This document shows positions 1 to 7,455 of a stretch of DNA of 11,916 nt, piece after piece. Below the pieces are notes generated by a model. That model worked only from the letters and a program-made list of their open reading frames with translations, had not been told where the DNA came from and ran no database searches. Source of the DNA: Azolla caroliniana (Eukaryota; Plantae; Polypodiophyta); assembly GCA_043228905.1 (NCBI GenBank), contig JBHGNT010001116.1, positions 1 through 11,916 of the forward strand, given 5' to 3'. Each line of letters begins with the position of its first letter. Within the stretch, counting starts at the first letter, position 1. The position numbers and the translations under genes were made by a program.

Positions 1-2
1 AA

Positions 3-764
3 CCGGTCGGATCGACACTTCCGACAAACTGCAGGCTATCCGGAAAGCAAAGCCCGAAGACGAAAGCAGAGAAGGCGGATATGATGAAGATTCCATATGC
101 CTCTGCCGTCAGGAGCTTAATGTACACAATGGTGTTTACCCGACTGGATATAGGATACGCAGTCGGAGTGGTGAGCCGGTTCATGAGCAATCCCAGGAAG
201 GAGCACTGGAACGCGGTCAAATGGATACTCCGGTATTTGAAGGGCACTTCAAATATGTGTCTCTGATTCGGCTCCGGAAAACCTCAACTGGACAGCTTCA
301 CCGATTCGGACATGTCGGCTGATGTGGATACCAGCCGGTCTACATCCGAGTATGTAATGACATATGCAGGGGGAGCTGTTTCGTGGCAATCGAGGCTGCA
401 GAAGACGGTTGCATTGTCAACCACGGAGGCGGAGTACATGGCAGCTATGGAAGCCGGCAAGGAATTATTATGGATGAAGGACTTCATCGGAGAGCTCAGT
501 ATCCGACAAGAGGAATACCGGCTCTATTGCGACAGTCAAAGTGCCATCCACCTTGCTAAGAATGCGGTCTATCATTCCCGAACGAAGCATATCCAACAAA
601 GATATCACTGGATCCGGGAAAGAGTAGATGACCAGGAGTTCGCACTGACGAAGATCCACATGGCCGAGAACGGGTCAAACATGCTGACCAAAGTGCTGAT
701 ACCCGACAAGCTGGATGCATGCCGGAAGAGGATCGGACTAGTAAGACACCCCATGCCGGAGTGA
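3..764 (+). pseudogene. pol: Copia pol, RT C-terminus plus RNase H (partial, one internal stop)
   Basis: One frame joins ORFs 81-266 and 312-764 through TGA at 264-266. Motifs: PYASAV.SLMY.M..TR.DI.YAVGVVSRFMSNP, HWNAVKWILRYLKGT, FTDSD, SWQSRLQKTVALSTTEAEY, LYCDSQSAIHLAKN, HSRTKHI. Confidence 0.95.
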
Positions 765-772
765 AGGGGGAG
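759..772 (+). other. Polypurine tract (plus-strand primer) of element A
   Basis: GAGTGAAGGGGGAG overlaps the pol stop and is followed by TT, then TGTTGG. Confidence 0.9.
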
Positions 773-852
773 TTTGTTGGGAGACAGGTCCCTCCGGATG
801 GGAAAGGAGAAGAACAGTGTTGATGAACAAACTCAACCGAGGCCGAAATCGT

Positions 853-1170
853 ATGACGAGTACCCGGCCACGAAGAGCCGGATGGTGCAGACCCGGTGAA
901 GACCGGATGAGGAGTACCCGGCTACAGAGAGTCGGATGGTGCAGACCTGGTGAAGACCGGATGAGGAGTACCCAGCTACGGAGAGCCGGATGGTGCAGAC
1001 CCGGTGAAGACCGGATGAGAAGTACCCGGCTATGGAGAGCCGGATGGTGCAGACCCGGTGAGAACCGAATGAGGAGTGCCCGGTTACGGAGAGCCGGATC
1101 GTGCAAACCCGGTGAGAACCGGATGAGGAGTACCCGGTTACGGAGAGCCGGATGGTGCAGACCCGGTGAG
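853..1170 (+). repeat. 54-bp tandem array, ~5.9 copies, in U3 of LTR A
   Basis: Units start at 853, 907, 961, 1015, 1069 and 1123. Consensus ATGAGGAGTACCCGGCTACGGAGAGCCGGATGGTGCAGACCCGGTGAAGACCGG. Confidence 0.97.
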
Positions 1171-1261
1171 GAATGCTCACCGGATGAAGAGACATATTCG
1201 TAAATATGTTTCTGAGAGTCCATCGAGGCTATATTTGTAAATAGCCGAAAAGTCATATTAG

Positions 1262-1269
1262 TATAAATA
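1262..1269 (+). promoter_or_regulatory. Putative TATA box of LTR A
   Basis: TATAAATA downstream of the U3 array, at the expected position. Confidence 0.7.
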
Positions 1270-1351
1270 TGACTTAGGGCAAACTTTTAGATGATTGTTG
1301 TTATTGTTATTCTTGTTGGTGCAAGAAAAGAGAGAGCGCGTAACAGTATAC

Positions 1352-1368
1352 AGAGAGAGAGAGAGAGA
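1352..1368 (+). repeat. (AG)8 microsatellite in LTR A
   Basis: AGAGAGAGAGAGAGAGA read directly. Confidence 0.9.
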
Positions 1369-1491
1369 AAGAGGTCGTTGCCTCTGTTGTAACCGCCGCC
1401 TGTGGCGAGGATCGTGAGCACGAGGTCGTTGCCTCCGTGAACTCACTGTTGTACATTCTAGCATAGTGATAGTTTGCAGCTTGTGGGCTAC

Positions 1492-1522
1492 CGTGGTTTT
1501 TCCCTAGTTTGGGTTTTCCACG
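1492..1522 (+). other. U5 stem-loop motif typical of plant copia LTRs
   Basis: CGTGG(1492-1496) pairs with CCACG(1518-1522), with inner CCC/GGG and T-rich internal loops. Confidence 0.6.
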
Positions 1523-1641
1523 TAAACATCCTGTGTATCCTTCTCCTCTTTGTGTCGTTCTTCATTTCCCGTTTTCTATGTATGATTCTAAGCTCGGTTC
1601 TGGCCGAGCGTTGCGCATAGGGAGCGTTACGGTTCCCTTCA

Positions 1642-3747
1642 ACGTCTACTTCAGTATGGCAAAAGAGACGACAACATTCTCATTGTGGGAGAAGCTACAA
1701 ACCGTGTACGAGAAATAGTCCTCATCTTCAAAACTGATTTTGATCAAACAACTGTTCAACATGAAGATGAGAGAGAACGATCCGGATACCTCCCACATCA
1801 ACACCTTCAGTCGGGTGTTGTCAAAACTCTCCTCACAAGGGATCAACTTAGAAGAAGAAGTGAAAGCCCTTGCCCTCCTATCGAGTTTGCCGACGAGTTG
1901 GGAGGTATTCTACATGACCTACGCCAATAGCCAATCAATCCTAAATCTGGATGAGAGAATCGGCCAAGTCCTCACTGAGGACATTCGACAAAAATTGATT
2001 GGACTCAGCATCAATGAGTCGACAGAAGCCCACTACTTCACCAAGCCGATCAATAGATTTAGTCGATCGAGAGAGCAATCCGATAGAACCAGTAGGAACA
2101 CCAACCGATCAAAGACGAGGGGAGACCGACAACCGTCGAAGTCAAGAATGGGCCGATTAGGTGAATTCTGCACACACTGCAAAAAAAATTGGCCACAATC
2201 TTTCCGACTTTTGGTTGATCAAGAGGAAAGAGAGTGGTCAGCGATCCAAGTGAAATTGAGCAAGACCCGACTCAAACCACTCTCCGGTCAGCAACCAAAT
2301 CAACATTGCTGACACCCGATCAGGAGAAATTCTCTCATTAGAGGATTCAATGATCAGAGAAGTCCTCTACAGGGCACAAGATGCACACACGTGGTTACTA
2401 GATTTTGGTGCCACATTTCATGTGACCCCAAACATCCAATGGTTTTCAAACTATTCGGTCGGCACCAATGGCACAGTCCGACACATACCTAATCTAAAAA
2501 GGATTCTGGTTTCCATTGGCATGCTAGCCAAAGACAGGTATCGAACAACTCTAAGTGAGTCGGCATGGATGGGCAATCAAGGAAACCTGAAGATAGGATG
2601 CGGGCACAAGTATAATAACTTGTACCCATTAATGGCGATCAATCCAAAAGGGGTCATGAACATAGCCGAAAAGGCCGACCCAAACCTATGGCATGGCCGA
2701 CTTGGCCATATGTCCCAAGCCGGACTTGATCGGCTGATGGCGGTGGGCTACATTCTGAAACTCCAATCAAAGACGGACTTCTGCAAGCATTGTCGATACG
2801 GGAAATAGACCCAAAGTCCGCACTCTCTCCACTACGAGATGGTATGACAACACCTAGAGCTTGTGCAGATAGATGTATGTGGGCCCATGCTAGAGCGATC
2901 ACTAGGAGGCTCCTGGTACTTCATCACTTTTATAGATGACTGTACATGGAAGGTCTGGTCCTAGTCCATTAGGTCCAAAGACGAAGTGCTCAAGATCTTC
3001 ACTCGGTGGATATCTGAAGTGGACAACCAGTCGGGATATAGGGTGAAGTCACTCTGATCCGACAACGGAGGTGAGTACACCTCCAGAACTTTCAAATAGT
3101 ATATGTCCAACAAACGGATTGTGCATCAAAAGACCGCTCCTTACACACCCATGTAGAACGAGGTGGCTGAACGGATCAACCGAACGATCCAAGAGAGCGT
3201 GACGACAATGCTCTAGCAAGCCGGACTACAATTGCAATTCTGGGTTGAGGCATTGCTAACAACAGTATATCTGGTACATTTATCACCGTCGAAAGCAATC
3301 AAACTCGAAGTGTCATAGGCACTATGGTCAGGAAAACAACCGACCTACGACATGCTCAAGGAGAAAGGGAGCAAGTTGGCACCCCATGCAACGAAGTGCA
3401 TATTTCTCGATTATAGAACGAATGGGGACTTCGGCTATAGGCTATGGGACCCTGAGAACCAGAAACTGATCCGGAGTAGTGATGTAGTCTTCAATGAAGA
3501 CTCAATCTTTTCTCCGCAAAACCAGCAAAAAATAGTTGGTAAAAAGGTATCCTTCAAAGACGACAAAACTGTCGTAGAAGGACCGACCCACCAGGCCAAC
3601 TTAGAGATTCGACAAACAATCAAGCCGGAACAAGCCGACAATATACCTGCCGACTTCGAATCGAAAACAGATCTAATAGTCGAACTCAAAGACAAATACA
3701 AAGTCAACAAAGAAAAGGTCAAATCAGCCAGAGTCGGGAATGACTAA
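1642..3747 (+). pseudogene. gag-pol: Copia element B: truncated gag-protease-GAG-pre-integrase-integrase pseudogene
   Basis: gag LWEKLQ..YEK*SSSSKLILIKQLFNMKM. Zinc knuckle CTHCKK(I)GHNLSDF is broken by +1 A in the A8 run at 2181-2188. Protease WLLDFGATFH (from DSGA); LWHGRLGH...CKHC; integrase DVCGP, FIDD, SDNGGEY, N.VAER.NRT; C-terminal KCIFL.Y...GYRLWDP...SSDVVFNE. In-frame stops at 2806, 2845, 2962, 3055, 3097, 3154, 3214 and 3316. No RT follows; the 3' boundary lies within 3748-3846. Confidence 0.93.
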
Positions 3748-3846
3748 GTCAAAGAGACAGAGTCCAATCGACCGAAACACCAGATATGGCTCATATGAGA
3801 CCCGAGTTAATCAAGTACCCAAGGGAGATCAACATGACACAATCCG

Positions 3847-3939
3847 ATCCAAATACCAATCCAGCTCTTGGTACCGGACACCGACCCGGATCTAGCTTAC
3901 TTAGTCGATCCGGATCAGGTTGAGCTTGTCCACTCAACA
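3847..3939 (-). repeat. Truncated LTR 5' end (E), homologous to LTR D
   Basis: The reverse complement from 3939 (TGTTGAGTGGACAAGCTCAACCTGATCCGG...) matches 5111-5169 at 43/59 nt without gaps, with weaker similarity to about 3847. Confidence 0.8.
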
Positions 3940-5110
3940 GTTGGTCATATTGTTGATGTGACCGATCTGCTTGTGCCATAGGTTCATATCCGCTCGAAAC
4001 ATAGTGGTGCTGCCATCATTTATGTCGAGGATAAACATCCTCCCTTCTCTACAACCCTAGTCGACAATTTGTCTGACCAACACAAAGTTCTTGGTGATTT
4101 TCGGCACATGCAAGAAATTTCTCATCAACCCTTTTTGGCTGATGTGGCTTAGAGGAACATCATCGATATGTTTAATGGGGTGAGTTGTGTCATCATTGTG
4201 TCAATTTTTAATGGCTCCGGAATTGACATATCACACCTCCTTCGATCTCAAGGTGCTCGCCTCCATCAAGTTGGCTTTGTGCTTCATTACAAATGTAGGC
4301 TCCGTTTCGGTCTAGCCTGATCCTTCTACATAGTGCGATCTCTACCGATTTCCTAGTTCGGCTCTACATGATTCGGCTTCATCCGAATCGAGCTTCTTCT
4401 TCCAACACTCTCTTTCCTTGTGGCCATTTTTGCCACAATACTAGTAATTTGACTTGATTTGTTGGCGTCTGGCATTACAATGACTCCTACTTGTGGAGGG
4501 TTCCTGACTGCTTTCATCTTTTCCATTTTGCCTCTACTCATTTTCACCGCCATTCATGTGTGTCGAAGCGCCTCTTTGCCCACAACCACGAGGCCAACCC
4601 ACCTTCATGTACAACATCTAACCATCAGAGTGTGTGTTCCTTGACACACCTGTGTGGTTTTCTTCAACCAGAAGCATCAATTGCAACCAGTTCGGCTCTA
4701 TGTGATTCAGCTTCTCCCTTGTGCATATTGCCGTTCTAATTCGCTCGTAGCTTTGCACTAGACGACCAAGGCAGATGTGTACCATCTCATCCTCCTCCAC
4801 CAGCACATTGATAGACTCCTAGGCATTATAGATCTTCTTGATCTTCATGGTGTAGTTGGCACCGTCATATCCCTTTCTTTGATATTGTTGGGTTCCTAAC
4901 AAAGATGCAACTTGCGGGCCATGGTACTCGTGGCAAAAATCTTCTTTAGATTTCCCCAAGCCTCCTTTGGTGTCTTTACATTTCAAATGTACCCCTGCAT
5001 CTGGTTGTGTACATAGGATGCAAGACAATACAAGACTCTGGTTGTTGCATGTAGGTCGGAATATCCTTGTGTGTTGATTCAGGCGCTACTTTGTTTTTTC
5101 CATGGATGTA
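3940..5110 (-). pseudogene. gag-pol: Copia element C: decayed gag-protease-GAG-pre-integrase fragment
   Basis: Minus-strand translation across frameshifts: YIHGKNKVAPESTHKD, RVLYCLAS, KTPKEAWGNLKKIF, EDEMVHICLG, MLLVEE, knuckle (Y*)YCGKNGHKEREC, protease V*YVNSGA, LHVPKITKN, LWHKQIGHIN. Confidence 0.9.
4355..4714. repeat. Dispersed 26-bp direct repeat (4355-4380 and 4689-4714)
   Basis: AGTTCGGCTCTACATGATTCGGCTTC versus AGTTCGGCTCTATGTGATTCAGCTTC, 23/26 identical. Confidence 0.9.
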
Positions 5111-5579
5111 TGTTGAGCGAAAGAGCTCAACCGGATCTGGACCAGTTGAATAAGCCAGAGCCGGATCAGGTATCCACAACGGAGAATCGGATAGGTGTCT
5201 GGATATATCGGTATACGGAACCTAGAGCCGGACCGGAGAACCGGATCGTACTCCGGAATAGTGAGAATCGGTAGGTTGTTCGAGCATACGGTCTACGCCT
5301 AGTACGTAGGCATATTCCTTGGAGTTAGTGTCAGTCACTCGTATGAACATTGAAGTACATGTCAGTACTTTTGTCACTCCTTTTAAGGACTTGTATAAAA
5401 AGTGTTCTGTACGACATTTGTATACATAGAGTGTTATTATTTTGAATTGAGTTTACTGTTCTACTCTCTCTCTGTGTGTCTCTCCCGTGTATTCAAGCTT
5501 TTCTTTGAACCTCTGTTCTGTGTTATGCTATTATCCTGACTAGCCAGTTTGTCTTAGCTTCCACACATTATCTTTTACA
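5111..5579 (+). repeat. 5' LTR of copia element D (~469 bp)
   Basis: Starts TGTTGAG exactly where C gag homology stops. CCGG-rich U3, TATA at 5394, CT-rich tract, and ends TTTTACA immediately before the PBS. Confidence 0.87.
5394..5401 (+). promoter_or_regulatory. Putative TATA box of LTR D
   Basis: TATAAAAA in the mid-LTR. Confidence 0.65.
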
Positions 5580-5591
5580 TGGTATTAGAGT
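5580..5591 (+). other. Primer-binding site for initiator tRNA-Met
   Basis: TGGTATTAGAGT matches canonical TGGTATCAGAGC at 10/12 (two C>T), directly after the LTR-terminal CA. Confidence 0.88.
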
Positions 5592-5677
5592 GAGAGGGTT
5601 GAGAACCTCTGTAGCCGACGAGCGATTTCCGAAGACAAACCCTAACATTCGGTAGAGAATAGAAAAGAAAGGTTAGA

Positions 5678-5765
5678 ATGGACAGACGAATGGCTTGCTC
5701 ACTCCTGACGGAGAAGCTCGATAGATCCAACTATGCATCTTGGTCATACAAGATGCACCAGTACC
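5678..5765 (+). pseudogene. gag: Copia gag N-terminus of element D (29 codons; too short for the ORF track), interrupted
   Basis: MDRRMACSLLTEKLDRSNYASWSYKMHQY carries the KL..SNY..W...M..YL motif (DUF4219-type) that opens copia gag. It starts ~100 nt after the PBS start. Confidence 0.88.
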
Positions 5766-5790
5766 GAATATTTAAAGAACAGAGGACGCG

Positions 5791-7454
5791 ATGAACACAG
5801 TCGCGCAGCCTGCAACCACATCTTCTGTCGCCCACATCGCCAACGTAGCCGGATCATCTCCCTCCGGATATGCCTCGAGTGTTGGCCACATACCTATCGG
5901 CTTTCCAGTCTCTGTTCCTGTGCCTGCCATAGTAGCTGAGAACAGATCCGTGGTTGCTGAAATCAAGGCATCATCTGCGGCTGAATCCTCTCTTGCTTCA
6001 ACCTTCATCACCACATCCGCCAATCAAGAGCACTTGCCACGCCGTCACGAACAATTTGACCGAGGCTCCCATGCAGCTAACCTGGATATTCCACCCATTT
6101 CGGACAGCACAATAGAGCTCAAGTTGTCGAAACAAGATCGAACACGGATTGTGCAAGAGATTCAACGTTTGGAAAAGAAGACTGTCATTGCACAAGTCTT
6201 GGGTCTTCGTCCAACGCGGACTAATCTTCGTTTGTTGCTTCAAGCCGCTTTGAAACAGAACCTTGACAACATTATAGATGTACAGATACTTGGCAGGAAT
6301 TACTACCAGTTAGAGTTTGAGTCAAAACGTATGACACCAGTTTTGTTGGAGAAGAAAGCAGTAGCAGTCAAGGGAGGTTGGATCTCTTTTCACAAGTGGA
6401 GTCACAACTTTTCCGCAAATCAAGTGCATCATGATTTTGATTCATATCAAACATGTGTGGTTGTTTTTCCAAATTTAAGAAAAGAATGGTTACCTTCTAT
6501 GCATGTGATTGCTAGCACTATTGGCGCGGTTCTAGAAATTTATGAAAGACCACGCCGGATCGAAGATAAGTCTTTAGGGGTTGCATCTGCTAAGCTTTTG
6601 ATTTCTAAGTCTACAAGGTTGCCCTCAAACATTTTGCTGCCCAATCTACTTGATCCTCTACAGGCCCCTTACTCTCAAAAAATCTTGTATAGAGGTTTGC
6701 CGAACCAGTGTTTCCGTTGTTTTGGGTTTGGCCATTTGGCAAAGTATTGCCCGAAATTTAAGGAAGACATTAACAAACATACACCTAGCACAAGTATAGT
6801 TCCTATCAGAATAAAATTGAGGGTTGGACCAGAGTGGAGCATAAGAAGACATCGAAGACACATCCACGTATATCTCTAAATAAACTTACACAAGTGCCAA
6901 TAAACAATATGCAAGACTTCCCTCCCTTGCAGAATACATATAATGCTCTCCAAATGGAAGAGTAAAGTTTAGAAGAGCTGAATAATGGGGGTCACTTATC
7001 ATTCCATCCTCCTCAAAAACTCAAGTCAGACTCTTCGTCACAAAAGATAGTTCAACATTCTATTCAGTTTGATACATCCTTTCCAAAGTTGGTGGTAGGA
7101 CAACCACCAATAAAAATAGCTGAGAATCAACAACCTTTGGTTATGTCTACTAATTTGGATATCTCCAATAAGCTTAAAGAAAACGTTGCCTCTAATCTAC
7201 AAGTGGATTCGGATAAGTCTAAAGGACAACCAAGGGATATAGAAATGAACCAAGAGCACAATCATGTTGGATTTCCATTTACACAAGATCCTTTAGTAAT
7301 CCAAAATCTTGAAAAGGTTGTCAAGGAACATAGGATGCATAAGTATGCAGGGAAGGATTTGCTCTTGAGAAGACAAATGAGAGCTCAAGAGGGAACCAAG
7401 AAAGGACGTCAGGATTCTCTTCTTGAGAAAAGGACATCGCTAACCCCTATATAA
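5791..7454 (+). pseudogene. LINE ORF1 (nucleic-acid-binding protein), frameshifted
   Basis: DUF4283-like VQILGRNYYQLEF...ISFHKWS and knuckle CFRCFGFGHLAKYC at 6709-6750. After a frameshift near 6790-6810 it continues EGWTRV...NTYNAL, through a stop at 6963, in the frame of ORF 7089-7454. Confidence 0.85.
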
Positions 7455-7455
7455 T

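Larger units (their letters stand above)
1..1641 (+). mobile_element. Ty1/copia LTR retrotransposon A, 3' portion (Tork/Tnt1-like); continues upstream of the window
   Basis: RT C-terminus and RNase H, stop at 762-764, PPT, then a TG...CA LTR, in canonical order. Confidence 0.93.
775..1641 (+). repeat. 3' LTR of element A (~867 bp)
   Basis: Starts TGTTGGGAG just after the PPT. Contains a U3 tandem array, TATA box, AG tract and U5-type GTGGTTTTTCCC...GGGTTTTCCACG. Ends ...CCCTTCA(1641) where gag homology (NVYFSMAKE) begins; the end could be off by 2-3 nt. Confidence 0.85.

Noticed and set aside
853-1170. CRISPR-like array
   Set aside because: Contiguous 54-bp units without unique spacers, inside a plant LTR, with no cas genes.
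738-1256. Repeat-protein ORFs 817-1203(+), 833-1195(-) and 738-1256(-)
   Set aside because: A GC-rich unit with length divisible by 3 stays open in several frames automatically. It lies in U3 and there is no independent coding evidence.
2181-2190. Programmed ribosomal frameshift at the A8 run
   Set aside because: It splits the zinc knuckle, and plant copia gag-pol is normally one frame. Homopolymer slippage or sequencing error is more likely.
3790-3799. Palindrome CTCATATGAG near the B/E junction
   Set aside because: A 10-bp palindrome is expected by chance in 12 kb, and the junction position is unresolved.
4353-4739. ORFs 4353-4553(-), 4459-4644(+, hydrophobic) and 4491-4739(+); possible env-like or membrane peptide
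   Set aside because: These are antisense or off-frame shadows of C gag.
5043-5055. LTR D start at TGTTGC (5043) or TGTAGG (5050)
   Set aside because: Minus-strand gag homology continues to 5110, and LTR E matches from 5111.
3847-5200. DNA transposon or MITE with terminal inverted repeats formed by E and D
   Set aside because: The repeats are LTR 5' ends pointing outward, only ~73% identical, and D continues as a full LTR with a PBS.
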